The notes below the pieces were generated by a model. It saw only the letters and a list, made by a program, of their open reading frames with translations, did not search any database and was not told the DNA's origin. Below are positions 20,854 to 31,009 of a DNA stretch of 64,000 nt, one piece after another. Numbering within the stretch: position 1 is the first letter of the stretch; every line of letters starts with the position of its first letter. The DNA is from Candidatus Thorarchaeota archaeon (lineage in GTDB: Archaea; Asgardarchaeota; Thorarchaeia; Thorarchaeales; Thorarchaeaceae), in contig JAGSHN010000025.1 of NCBI GenBank assembly GCA_029855935.1, positions 64,001-128,000 on the forward strand. Direction: 5' to 3'. A program made the translations under genes and the position numbers.

Positions 20854-21078
20854 TCATTCACCACTCCGAGAGGGCTATGGCCTGCACCTAACGAGGTCAA
20901 GCAAGACCTAGAATGATGCGGCCATTCTAGCGTCGTAGAAACACAGGCGCTCATAAGTGCAATCTTTTGACATCGTAAGCGGGTTACTGATAGATTACTC
21001 AATGATTTCTAAAGGAGAACCGAAATATGGTGTGGCAGCGTCCGGTACAGAGGACTATGGTCACGGGGATTGTGAACA

Positions 21079-21765
21079 ATGGAGAAGATACTCAAGAGAA
21101 TGGCCGTTCTGGCAGCCATCGCAGGAGTCCTGGGAGTCATAAGTGCATATGGGAGCACGTGCCCGACTCTCAGTCCGCCGACCGATCCGACGAGCAAGCT
21201 GTACATCATGTATACGCTCAATTGGGTCTTCCTGATAACGACGTCACTGACGTGGGCCGTGGGCTTCGCGTGGTTTCTCTTGTTGTGGGGACTGATGACA
21301 CGGAGGAGCTGGTCATACATGGCCAGCGTTCTCGTGAGCGCCGTGGGCGCAGCCAGTGGTTTCATACCTGCAGCTCTTGTAATGGCGAACGGTATGCCAT
21401 TCAGTCCGTCGTTGATGAGGGCCTTCCTCAACCTGTTCATTCTCATCTACCTGCTACGGCCATCCGCTGCTGGTGAGATGAAGACGGCCCTCTCCCTTGA
21501 GGCCCCGGGCACCGGAATCAGTGCAGACGTTGTCACATACATACTGGTGGCCGTTGGCATCCTGCTGATGCTGCAGCCAATTGTCGTACCGTGGACACAC
21601 GTCATCGACGGGAGATATGAGTACGGCTATGAGGCACTGCAGTTCTTTGCAGGCCTGTTCTCTCTCATGCTCGGTGGGTCAATCCGAATCTCCGAGAGAA
21701 TGAGACTTGCACAGCTCCAAGCCTCGGCGGCTGTGGAGCAGCAAACAGAGGTCAGACCTGAATAG
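21079..21765 (+). CDS. Hypothetical membrane protein
   Basis: About 6 TM segments. Confidence 0.7.
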   Translation: MEKILKRMAVLAAIAGVLGVISAYGSTCPTLSPPTDPTSKLYIMYTLNWVFLITTSLTWAVGFAWFLLLWGLMTRRSWSYMASVLVSAVGAASGFIPAALVMANGMPFSPSLMRAFLNLFILIYLLRPSAAGEMKTALSLEAPGTGISADVVTYILVAVGILLMLQPIVVPWTHVIDGRYEYGYEALQFFAGLFSLMLGGSIRISERMRLAQLQASAAVEQQTEVRPE

Positions 21766-21800
21766 ACAGGCGGTCGAGACCTTGTGGGCTCTGTCTCGAC

Positions 21801-22322
21801 TCAGGCCTCGACATCTCTTCCCGTCGCGGAGCCGTTCTGACCAGACGGACCGTACTCCAACATAGACTCAAGCTTGTCTATGTCAATCATGCCAATCCCG
21901 TTGTGGACACACGTGAAGGACTTGCACAGTTTCTGATCTATGTCACCCCACTTTATGCCCCAGCCCTTGAGAACACCGAGGATGACCTTGAGATCGCGTC
22001 CCTTCTCTGTAAGAGAATACCGAACTCTGATGGGCATTGTGTCAGGTTCCACGACACGTGCCACCACGCCCTCTCGCTCCAGCAGGCTGAGAGACTCGGA
22101 GAGCACCCGGGCCGAGATCTGTTCACCTGTCACATCAACGACACGTCGCAACAGGTCGCTGAAATAGAGCTCTTCCGCGACTACGAGCTCACATAGTATC
22201 CACGGGACCCATTTGCGACCAAGAATCTTCAGGGCCCGCAGGACGGCGCATCTGTCCCTATCTTCTCGACCCAGCTTCAAGATCCTCCATTCAGCTACGC
22301 GCAAGTTAACAGCTCGGCGCAC
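21801..22322 (-). CDS. HxlR-family winged-helix regulator
   Basis: CAVLRALKILGRKW..FSDL..ISARVLSESL..YSLTEKG; extra C-terminal Cys residues. Confidence 0.88.
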   Translation of the reverse strand: MRRAVNLRVAEWRILKLGREDRDRCAVLRALKILGRKWVPWILCELVVAEELYFSDLLRRVVDVTGEQISARVLSESLSLLEREGVVARVVEPDTMPIRVRYSLTEKGRDLKVILGVLKGWGIKWGDIDQKLCKSFTCVHNGIGMIDIDKLESMLEYGPSGQNGSATGRDVEA

Positions 22323-22470
22323 CTGTATTTTACGGTTGTGCTGCGTAATCTACTGATGGCAACAGAATCAGGTTACATCGATGAAATGACCTTACGTTTC
22401 CTTCAGCAAATGCTTTAGTATTGCCGAAACACCACTCACAGCACGTGACAATGTGAGGAGAGATGTACTG

Positions 22471-23112
22471 ATGGATCTGGTTTCACTCGTCTTGCTACTC
22501 ATCACCGGAATCATCGCTCTGGTGATGACGATCTTCCTGTTCAAGGACTATGCGGCGAACAAGAAGCTCTACCATATGTGGTGGGGCCTCAGCTCGCTCA
22601 TCCTGTTCTTGGCTGGCGTGCTAATTGTCGCCTTCGACTTTGCCGTACTGGGCAATCCGGCAATACCCATCGTGGCCACATTCATCCCGGTCGGACTGGC
22701 CATCGGTTTGCTATACGCCGTATGGGATGACAAGCCCTATGGACTGTACTACACTATCTACGGCATTCTGATGGTGATCATCCAGATTGTGGCGAGGTAT
22801 GTACCAATCGAGAGCGTAGCCACGCCGTCGCTCCTCGCCGCACACATACCTAGCGGCCTCATTATCGTCCTTGTCCCGCTGATGACGACAATCCGCAAGG
22901 AAACAGAGGCGAGCGCGATACTCTTCAGTCTTGGGGGTATCGCAATCTCACTGGGAGGAATGCTCCTGGCTGCCCTCAAGTTCGACGCTCCTATACTCCC
23001 AGCGGCGACGATCTTCGCTGTCTTGCCCCTTCTCCTGCTGATAGTGAGCGTGCTGTTCTTCCTCGGAATATTCCTCCCCACCAAGTGGAAGGCAGGCCTT
23101 CCGGTCGGATAG
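22471..23112 (+). CDS. Conserved archaeal membrane protein (about 7 TM)
   Basis: Hydrophobic; AHIPSGLII..SLGGMLLA motif. Confidence 0.75.
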   Translation: MDLVSLVLLLITGIIALVMTIFLFKDYAANKKLYHMWWGLSSLILFLAGVLIVAFDFAVLGNPAIPIVATFIPVGLAIGLLYAVWDDKPYGLYYTIYGILMVIIQIVARYVPIESVATPSLLAAHIPSGLIIVLVPLMTTIRKETEASAILFSLGGIAISLGGMLLAALKFDAPILPAATIFAVLPLLLLIVSVLFFLGIFLPTKWKAGLPVG

Positions 23113-23286
23113 TCTCAGGAACAGGTTCAGTATCGTGACACGGGGCGCAACACGAGGAGCGTCACTGCTCCTCCGCCCCCTCTTTGTCATTCTGACGAGC
23201 GAGTTATCTACAGGTAACTTGCTATCCACTTCTAAACTCACGTGCTTTTAAGCAGGAATTCCACTCGGCACTAGGGTGGTTGCTGA

Positions 23287-24717
23287 ATGACTGAAGAGAG
23301 TACTGCCGAAGGCCCTACCAGCAAGTTTCAGCAGTTTGTCACTTGGCTTGGAAGCTACAGGGGACTCATCACTGCCACAATTGTGTATGAGTTCCTGATC
23401 GTCGTCTTTCTCACGACGTTCTCCGAGCCAGTCACTCAGATGCTGGGACAGCCTCTCATTCCAATTACTCTGGAAGATAGCCACAGGATAGCCAGAATCA
23501 TCATGGTCTATCACTCCCTCGGGATAGTGTTCCTCGGGGCAGTGGTACTCTTTGCTCTCGACCTCTTTGACGTGAGGCCCAAGTTCGAGCCACTGGTCAA
23601 GTGGTCGATCATCCCTGGCTACGTTCTCACCTCAGTCTCAGGGATGACCTTCGCATATCTTCTGCCTGAGAACTGGATTGCACACGCACTGTTCATCGTG
23701 GGACTCACTCTCGTATTCATCAGTGGAGTGCTTCTGTTGATGGGAACGTGGCCAACGAAGAACTTCCCCGAGAAGCAGCCAGAGGGACCCTACCTGTTCG
23801 GAGTCAACTGGGCCCAATGGGCAGTTGCGTTGGTCGTGATTGCCCTGCTGATATCGGCAATGCTGGGAGCAGGTGTCGGCGCCTACTTTGGCAACGGATT
23901 CAAAGCCATTCTCGCCGAGGACTTTCTCCGAGTGGAGGACAAGGACCTCTTTGTGCGTGCCGTTGTTGGCCACCTGCACATCATGCTCGCACTCATCGAT
24001 GCAGCAGTGATGCTCATCGTGTTCAGGTACACCAACCCCGAACAGCGAGGGAAGTGGTACCTTGCCGGGATGATCCTCTCGATCCCCGGAACACTGATCA
24101 TCTCAATTGGCGCGTGGCTCGTCCCCGTCGGCTATGAGAAGGCGCACATGGTGATCAATGTCGGCGCAGTCTTCGCTCTGCTTGCGGCATTCATACTGGC
24201 AATCTGGGGGTGGAAAAAGACTGTCAGAGACGTGCTCGGGGAGGAATACGAGAGCGCCGGCATAGGTCGACGTATTATCGCACTGTTCAAAGATCCCGTG
24301 AAGTTTGGTCTCTACTTCCAGTTCATCTGGGTGAACATTGTTGTCACAGCTCCCGGAATCTATGTTGCCATCAATCTTGAGCACTTCAGAACAGAGATTG
24401 GTGCTGATGTCGAGCGGGCGTTTGCCGTCGGACACTGGCACGTCCTTGGCGTTCTGACTGCTGTGATTGCTCTTCTGCTTGCCTTCGACTACCTTGACGT
24501 CGGCGGTTGGACCAGACAGATTGTCGGGTGGTCGCTGACGCTGGGGAGTATCATAGGTTTCGGCTTTGCCAACGCGTACATGCTTGAGGAGATTGGTATC
24601 GCCACTGGCTTTGCATTCTCGATGATAGATGTCGGTATCATCCTCCTTGTAATCGGCATTGCAGTCTTCTGTATCTATATGCTGGTGCAGATACTGAAGG
24701 GCAGAGCGGTGAAGTAG
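23287..24717 (+). CDS. Polytopic His-rich membrane protein, possibly heme-binding
   Basis: About 12-13 TM; YHSL, AHAL, GHLH, AHMV, GHWH; ends 3 nt before the cyoE start. Confidence 0.75.
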   Translation: MTEESTAEGPTSKFQQFVTWLGSYRGLITATIVYEFLIVVFLTTFSEPVTQMLGQPLIPITLEDSHRIARIIMVYHSLGIVFLGAVVLFALDLFDVRPKFEPLVKWSIIPGYVLTSVSGMTFAYLLPENWIAHALFIVGLTLVFISGVLLLMGTWPTKNFPEKQPEGPYLFGVNWAQWAVALVVIALLISAMLGAGVGAYFGNGFKAILAEDFLRVEDKDLFVRAVVGHLHIMLALIDAAVMLIVFRYTNPEQRGKWYLAGMILSIPGTLIISIGAWLVPVGYEKAHMVINVGAVFALLAAFILAIWGWKKTVRDVLGEEYESAGIGRRIIALFKDPVKFGLYFQFIWVNIVVTAPGIYVAINLEHFRTEIGADVERAFAVGHWHVLGVLTAVIALLLAFDYLDVGGWTRQIVGWSLTLGSIIGFGFANAYMLEEIGIATGFAFSMIDVGIILLVIGIAVFCIYMLVQILKGRAVK

Positions 24718-24720
24718 ACA

Positions 24721-25689
24721 GTGGAGATCGGGATTGGCGACGCAGACCAGCTGGAGGGCGGGGACAACAACTCCTCGTCCTCCTTTATCTCACTCCTGGG
24801 CGAACTCATCAAGAGCAAGCAGACAGCCCTCCTGGTCTACACCACAGTGTTCACGTACCTCTTTAGCAGCTGGAATATGGGCATTGACTTCGGCTTTGCC
24901 CTGCTCCTCATTGCCAGCCTTGTACTGGCGGTCTCGGGTTCCACTCTGCTGAATATGTACATCGACAGGGACATCGACGCGGTGATGATTCGGACCAAGA
25001 ACCGGCCTATACCGAGTGGCAAGGTCTCTCCAACGTCGGTGGTGGTGAACGGCGCTGTGATGGTCGGGCTGGGCCTAGTCCTCAGCTGGTTATTCATCAA
25101 CCCCGTGACAACCGCTGTCATTGCAGCTGGATTCGTACTTGATGTTGTGGTCTACTCGGTGTGGCTAAAGCGCAAGACCCCAACATCGATCCTCTTTGGC
25201 GGCATTGCAGGGGGGATGCCTGCTCTTGCTGGCCGGACGGCTGTTGTCGGTCAGGTTGACCTAGTCGGCGTGCTTCTCGCGCTCTTCGTGATAGCGTGGA
25301 TACCACTGCACATCCTCACTCTGGCGATGCTGCCAGAGAACCTTGAGGGCTACCGCCGCGCAGGAGTCCCAATGTGGCCAGTCGTCAGGGGAACGGGTGA
25401 GACGATGATCATCGTGACTCTCTCGGCCATTCTCAGTGCTGTCGTCGTAGTGATGACCGGAGTTGTTCTGAACCTTCACTGGTTGGCTCTGCTCCCGCTG
25501 CTCCTGTTGAGCGCAGCCATAGTCATTAGGGCGGCCGAGAACCTGCGCGCCCCCGACCAAGACAAGACCTTCTGGATCTTCAAGGCGGCATCGGGGTACA
25601 TGGCCTTCGCCTTTCTCTGGCTCTTTATCGGCGTTGTCTTGACACAGGCCATCGGAGACGGCTCCTTGGTACTACAACTACCATTCTAA
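24721..25689 (+). CDS. cyoE: Protoheme IX farnesyltransferase (heme O synthase)
   Basis: NMYIDRDIDAVMIRTKNRPIPSG, YSVWLKR, GGIAGGMP, WIPLH, YRRAGVPM. Confidence 0.92.
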   Translation: MEIGIGDADQLEGGDNNSSSSFISLLGELIKSKQTALLVYTTVFTYLFSSWNMGIDFGFALLLIASLVLAVSGSTLLNMYIDRDIDAVMIRTKNRPIPSGKVSPTSVVVNGAVMVGLGLVLSWLFINPVTTAVIAAGFVLDVVVYSVWLKRKTPTSILFGGIAGGMPALAGRTAVVGQVDLVGVLLALFVIAWIPLHILTLAMLPENLEGYRRAGVPMWPVVRGTGETMIIVTLSAILSAVVVVMTGVVLNLHWLALLPLLLLSAAIVIRAAENLRAPDQDKTFWIFKAASGYMAFAFLWLFIGVVLTQAIGDGSLVLQLPF

Positions 25690-25806
25690 TGCCCCGGGCA
25701 CAGGCAGAGGACTCCGCTCCCGCAGACAGTCCTGTCTGGCCATATCAACGATTGGCGGAGAAAAAGATAGAGTGGGGCGGTTCTTGACCGCCCAGAGATC
25801 GGTTGC

Positions 25807-27015
25807 TCACCATAGCTGGTACTCGCGCTTGACGAAGCCCTTCCAGACATGTGGAAGCGTCTCGACGACCTCGGCGGCGATGCTCTCAATTGAGCTTCGT
25901 ACGGCATTGAGGTCCACGTTTCCGAAGACCTCGATATTCAGCGCCTTCGGTTCGGTGATTGGAGCCCCAATCTGACTGACGATATAGCAGTAGACCTGCT
26001 CGATGTCCGGATACTCCTTTGTGATCCTTGTGACTATCTCGCGGGCCGCGACATTGTAGGTCTTTCCGACGTGGGAGACCGGATTCTTCCCAGCCGCAGC
26101 CTCAAGCGTCATCGGCCTGTATGGAGTGATGAGACCATTGGCCCTGTTGCCGCGTCCGACCTGGCCATCATCTCCGTGCTCGGCAGAGGTGCCAGTGACA
26201 GTCAGATAGAACAGGCCCTGCTCTGGGTCGTCGGCCGTGTTGACATCCACCTCGACGGGAATGTCCGTCTTCTTTGCAGCAAGATCAAGCAGCATGTTCC
26301 TGATGGCGTCCATCACGTTGGCGTACTCGTCAGCGTCGCGGGTCTCGGTGGAGATTATGGCGGTTGCAACCTGCAGATGTATATGGTCCCCAACACGGGT
26401 GCCCATCACCTTGATGTCCTCACCAATCTGGGGCCACTTTCTCTTTGTCGCGGGGTCGTTGAGCAGCTGTTCTGACTCAAGTACAATCTGTTCCGTCGGT
26501 GACAGAGGGGCGTATGCAACGCCGAAGCTGGTGTCGTTCGCGCGCGGTACTTCGACCTCGGCATCGAAATTGCCCACAAGGTCCGTGCTGCCAGCTCGAA
26601 TCTTGTAGTCGATGATGATGTCTGAGTTGACATCAAGATGCGGTAGGTCCTCGCTGAGCCACTCTCTCGTGTGCTCGACCGCGAACTTTCCAACGGGCAC
26701 CTGTCGGCTGTAGTCCTTGCCGACAACGTCGACGGCACGTCCGCTGAGGAGCAGGTAGATGGGCTCGATGACATCACCGCCACCGAACCGAGCATTCGAC
26801 TGACCACCGACGAGGAGCACCTTGTCAACATTATGGTGCTGGACTCGTCCAAAGGTCTCAAGATAGTATTCGCTGAGTCGGACTGACAGCTCCTCCGCTG
26901 CTTTGTCGCAGAGAGTGTCGGGGTGGCCCTTCCCCTTGCGTTCTACGATCTCGACCTTTCTCTTGGCCACAGGGAGGCCGTCTCCTCGTGTGACTTCAAT
27001 CTTCATTTTCATCAA
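25807..27015 (-). CDS. mat: S-adenosylmethionine synthetase, archaeal type
   Basis: [50 protein letters not shown]. Confidence 0.96.
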   Translation of the reverse strand: MMKMKIEVTRGDGLPVAKRKVEIVERKGKGHPDTLCDKAAEELSVRLSEYYLETFGRVQHHNVDKVLLVGGQSNARFGGGDVIEPIYLLLSGRAVDVVGKDYSRQVPVGKFAVEHTREWLSEDLPHLDVNSDIIIDYKIRAGSTDLVGNFDAEVEVPRANDTSFGVAYAPLSPTEQIVLESEQLLNDPATKRKWPQIGEDIKVMGTRVGDHIHLQVATAIISTETRDADEYANVMDAIRNMLLDLAAKKTDIPVEVDVNTADDPEQGLFYLTVTGTSAEHGDDGQVGRGNRANGLITPYRPMTLEAAAGKNPVSHVGKTYNVAAREIVTRITKEYPDIEQVYCYIVSQIGAPITEPKALNIEVFGNVDLNAVRSSIESIAAEVVETLPHVWKGFVKREYQLW

Positions 27016-27134
27016 CTCTAGTGCCGCGGCTGTGCGCAGCGCTTATATACCTTTCTCCCCCCATTACTCTCAGTAATTAATAACGGCGTTACAAATACCC
27101 ACCAGTAAGAAACGTCAGAGAAAGGTGACGCGGC

Positions 27135-27674
27135 ATGAGGGTGCTCCCAGAGACCATTACACGAATGCGGAAACGAAGAGGAATGACTCAGGCCGAGCTG
27201 GCACGGGCCGTAGGAGTGTCGCAGGCATACATTGCCAGGCTTGAGAACGGCACACTTGATCCCAAGCTGTCCGTCGTCAATAGAATACTCGACGTCCTTG
27301 AGGGATCAACACTGACGTGTGCCGACGTGATGAGCACCAACCTCGTTGTTGCCGATGCTCGCGACTCCGCACTGGAGGTCGTCCGCGACATGCTGAGGAA
27401 TGGGTTCTCTCAGATCCCGGTATTGCGCGCGGGAAAGATTGTGGGGATGGTCACCGAGAGGGACGTGGTGCGGAACATAACACGTGACCTCGAGCAGATG
27501 TCGGTGCAGGCAATAATGGAGACGGTGAGCCCTCCGCTGGTCGACGAGCGGACAAAGATAGAGGAGGTCATCGCGCTGCTAGACACCTTTCAGGCAGTGC
27601 TCGTCCATCGCGGTGGCAGACTCGTTGGCATAGTTGCAAGGTCAGACATAATGCGAGCGCTGGCGCTGGACTGA
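27135..27674 (+). CDS. XRE-HTH plus CBS-pair transcriptional regulator
   Basis: TQAELARAVGVSQAYIARLENG; two CBS motifs (FSQIPV, FQAVLV). Confidence 0.9.
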   Translation: MRVLPETITRMRKRRGMTQAELARAVGVSQAYIARLENGTLDPKLSVVNRILDVLEGSTLTCADVMSTNLVVADARDSALEVVRDMLRNGFSQIPVLRAGKIVGMVTERDVVRNITRDLEQMSVQAIMETVSPPLVDERTKIEEVIALLDTFQAVLVHRGGRLVGIVARSDIMRALALD

Positions 27675-27696
27675 CGTGAAGACGACCGGGGCCTCA

Positions 27697-28356
27697 TCAA
27701 GATGAGAATACCTTGCGCGAGAACAGGTTGACGTCAATGCCGACCTTGCCCGCAAAGAGATCACGCAACAGTTCGAGGTGTTCGTCAATCTCTTTCAGAA
27801 GGCGCTCCAGTGAGTGCGGGGAGATATTCGGCTCTGCTGTCCAGACAGTGAGGTAGTTGCTGACGACGCCTATGTCGACACCGCCCTCCTCAAGGTCCTT
27901 GAAGATGGTTATCTTGACAAGGAACTCGGACTCGTACATATTGAGGACCTCGTTGGCACTCATCACTATCAGGTCCAGATAGCCAACTATGTCCTCCAGG
28001 ACTTGGACATCGCCGACATTTCCACGGAGGCTCTCGACAAAGGTCTGAATCCGGCTGACCCGCTGTCGGAGACCCTCGAACATCTTCATCAGCTTGGTAA
28101 ACTCCTTGATTGAGGACTCCAGTGCGGGGACAAGCCTATCGTACAGAGTGACGAGGAGCTTCCCCCGTGTGTTATCGCGGATGTCCTGGAATCCCTCTAG
28201 TTTCCCCAGGGGTCCATCAAGGTGTTCAATCTGAACCAGTGTGTTGGTGACGGCCTGAATAGACTTGACTGAACTGCGCTGAATCTTGGCCCATCTCTCA
28301 ATGAAAGTATCAATGCCCTCTCGTAGGTCCTCAAGCTCGTCCAGCGGGTCGTCCAC
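27697..28356 (-). CDS. Putative CINP/C1orf109-like helical protein
   Basis: C-terminal LNMYESEFLVK..I..DL...YLTVW..EP matches the CINP C-terminal pattern as recalled. Confidence 0.6.
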   Translation of the reverse strand: MDDPLDELEDLREGIDTFIERWAKIQRSSVKSIQAVTNTLVQIEHLDGPLGKLEGFQDIRDNTRGKLLVTLYDRLVPALESSIKEFTKLMKMFEGLRQRVSRIQTFVESLRGNVGDVQVLEDIVGYLDLIVMSANEVLNMYESEFLVKITIFKDLEEGGVDIGVVSNYLTVWTAEPNISPHSLERLLKEIDEHLELLRDLFAGKVGIDVNLFSRKVFSS

Positions 28357-28450
28357 AGCTCATTCTCCAAGACCTTCTGTCAACTCTCCACATATAACTT
28401 ATTCTGCGGTGGCAGCAGATATTAACGCTCTTAACGGCGTCAGAGGCCAT

Positions 28451-30055
28451 CTACAGGCCCTGTTGCAACGCCCTACGGCGGTTCTCAAGCTCCTCAATCT
28501 CGGCCTCTATCTCCCGGACCTGATCTTGAAATATCGAGTCCTCAATCTTTCCGTCCTCGTAGAGCCTCTTGAAGTGGTCGAGCTTGGCCCTAAGAACCGA
28601 CTCTCGCACCTCAAGCTCCCTCAACCGTGCCCGCTTCTCAGACACGAGCTGCCTCAGCTCGTCCTCAAGCCTGAATATCTCCTCCTCAAGCTCGGCCTTC
28701 AATCTGGAGTAGAGAGAGGAGTCAACCTTTCCCTCAGTGTAGAGGTCTACGAGATGGAGGAGCGCCTTTCTCGTTGCATCTCGTCGAGCCATTATCTCCT
28801 GTGCGAAGTCGTGGGACTCTACAAGACCGAGCCGCGTAGCAAGGTGTGGGGTCGTCAGACCCTGCAGAAGCAGACTTGTCATCAGAACGAGAAAGACAAT
28901 GGCATTCAGATCCCGGCCCGACTGCTCAAAGCCGGTGATCTCGTAGCTCGTTATCGCAGCCACGACGATTGCTGCCAACGCTGCACTTGCAACCCCCTTG
29001 ACCCCTGCCCAGCTGACAAAGAACCTGTCCCGCCACGACATACTTCTGTCGTGGGCTGTGACAAGGAACACAGCCACCGGGCGGGCGACGAGGATGACCA
29101 GTACCGATGTCATCAGGCCAAGGGCCACAATGGCAGGACTGTTCATCAGATACTGCAGGTCCACAGTGGCGCCAAGGAGTATGAAGACCACTATCTCGAA
29201 AGCGAAGGAGACGTTCTTCATAGCGCCGCGCATCGACTTCTGCGGGAGGGGCTCCATACCCATCCGCCGGGCATTAGCCATAAAGATCCCTGCGAAGACC
29301 GACGCGAGTGCACCAGGATGAATGCCGAGCTGAGCAAAGATCTCTCCGAGACCGTAGGCAAGGATTGGTGTCGTGGCTGTCAGGATGGAGATGGTCGTGT
29401 CCTCAGCCGTACGGATGATGATTCGACCGATGACGTGAGCAATGGCAAATCCAGTCACGACACCAATTATCATGCTCAGAAGGAACTCCTCGATGATGAC
29501 GTACCAGGCCACCGAGAGAGCGGGAATCACGAGCGGCATAAAGACAGTGATGACAAGGACCACAGACGTCGCGTCATTGAATACTGCTTCGCCCTCAAGA
29601 ATAGAGAACAGGCGGCGCTTGACACGTACACCACCAGACTCCAGAACAGAGAACAGCGCAGCAGGGTCGGTGGGCGACAAGATCGCGCCGATGACAAAGG
29701 CCATCAGGCCCATTGCCGAGAACAGCCCAATGGTGATGCCGGCGACTATCGACGTGATGACGACACCCAGAGTTGCCAGGAGCATGACATTAGTCAGCGA
29801 GAACCGCAGCTCTCGGATATTCATCGTCAGCCCAGCATAGAACAGTACAGCCGCAAGTGTCAGCTGCGCAACAACATCCAAGCCCACAACCTCGCCGTAG
29901 ACCGATCCGAGCGGCATCACCTGACCAATGATGACGCCAGCGAGGATGAGCGGGATTGGGTACGGGAACCGATATCTCTCCGCGAATTTTGCTATCACCA
30001 CGCCCCCAATCAGGACGGGCGCAATCACGTAGAGGTCGACGGCCACACCATCCAC
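28451..30055 (-). CDS. CPA1 cation:proton antiporter (NhaP-like) with C-terminal coiled coil
   Basis: LSPTDPAA, LEGEAVFND, ARP, WAGVKG. Confidence 0.92.
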   Translation of the reverse strand: MDGVAVDLYVIAPVLIGGVVIAKFAERYRFPYPIPLILAGVIIGQVMPLGSVYGEVVGLDVVAQLTLAAVLFYAGLTMNIRELRFSLTNVMLLATLGVVITSIVAGITIGLFSAMGLMAFVIGAILSPTDPAALFSVLESGGVRVKRRLFSILEGEAVFNDATSVVLVITVFMPLVIPALSVAWYVIIEEFLLSMIIGVVTGFAIAHVIGRIIIRTAEDTTISILTATTPILAYGLGEIFAQLGIHPGALASVFAGIFMANARRMGMEPLPQKSMRGAMKNVSFAFEIVVFILLGATVDLQYLMNSPAIVALGLMTSVLVILVARPVAVFLVTAHDRSMSWRDRFFVSWAGVKGVASAALAAIVVAAITSYEITGFEQSGRDLNAIVFLVLMTSLLLQGLTTPHLATRLGLVESHDFAQEIMARRDATRKALLHLVDLYTEGKVDSSLYSRLKAELEEEIFRLEDELRQLVSEKRARLRELEVRESVLRAKLDHFKRLYEDGKIEDSIFQDQVREIEAEIEELENRRRALQQGL

Positions 30056-30056
30056 C

Positions 30057-30677
30057 TCAGTAGTCGATCAGGACCTCAGCAATCTCCTTCAGTGAGTCGG
30101 AGATGTGCTCCATCTCACTCACGATCTTTCTCATTATGTAGCAGACGAAGGTGGAGTCACCGCCCGTGGCCACTGAGACCTGTCGACAGATGACAATATT
30201 GTCCTCGTCTATCTCACGCTCCAGACGCATCACCGCCTGGTACGACTCGGTGGCCGACTCTGGGTCCTCTACAGTCGAGGCGAGTGCAGTTCCGAGGGCC
30301 TTGAACTGAGAGTTGACCTTTGATGCGATGGCCGACAGGGAGTCCATATACACCTCTTGGAACGAACCGCCCCGAATCATGTCTATCATCACAACAACCA
30401 GAGAGAACGAGTACTCGATACGCAGCAGATGACTGATGACAGAGAGGACCAGCACTCCTGTCTCGTCCTGAGGTAGCCTGTCACTGAACGCGTAGCGAGA
30501 TACAAGGTCCTTGAGGCGGTCAAGAATCCTCTCGCGTTTGTCCGACCACTCTGGATCCTCGACTCCGCACTCACGGCAGAGCTTTGCACTGACCACCTCA
30601 CTAATGTCACTGAGCTGTGAAACTATGTCTGACAGGTAGGAGAGAATCTCCGTTCGTGCAAGGTCCCGGGTTGTCAC
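30057..30677 (-). CDS. PhoU/DUF47-like helical protein
   Basis: LEREID...EMEHISD motif; operon with the antiporter. Confidence 0.6.
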   Translation of the reverse strand: MTTRDLARTEILSYLSDIVSQLSDISEVVSAKLCRECGVEDPEWSDKRERILDRLKDLVSRYAFSDRLPQDETGVLVLSVISHLLRIEYSFSLVVVMIDMIRGGSFQEVYMDSLSAIASKVNSQFKALGTALASTVEDPESATESYQAVMRLEREIDEDNIVICRQVSVATGGDSTFVCYIMRKIVSEMEHISDSLKEIAEVLIDY

Positions 30678-30931
30678 TCCTCTGTCACCTCCTCACGCGG
30701 CCGCGACCACGAGAGATCTATTCGTAGGTGGATGAATTGCCTCCTGAAGCTGACCTCGATGCCCGTCTCAACGGGCTCTCCCAGGGGGAGCGCGATGGTA
30801 CCTTCTTTCATGCTCGGCATCGGCAGTTCGAGAACGTCACCGTTCCGGAGTTGCTCTGCGATTGCCGCGAAGAGTTCGCTCAGGCTGAGGAGGGTCTTCT
30901 CCTCTTCAAACTCATAGTCGTCGATTCGCAT
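30674..30931 (-). CDS. Amphi-Trp domain protein
   Basis: LFAAIAEQLRNG amphipathic helix; C-terminal LRIDLSW. Confidence 0.7.
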   Translation of the reverse strand: MRIDDYEFEEEKTLLSLSELFAAIAEQLRNGDVLELPMPSMKEGTIALPLGEPVETGIEVSFRRQFIHLRIDLSWSRPREEVTEE

Positions 30932-31009
30932 CTGCTACACCTCTGGGAGCTAAGACTCCTACATAGGACTCTCTGGACCCTTTTATGCGTGACTGCGGCG
31001 ATACCTGAG

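Noticed and set aside
28286-30193. 635-aa plus-strand ORF
   Set aside because: Antisense shadow of the CPA1 antiporter; no recognisable motifs, and such ORFs are common at high GC.
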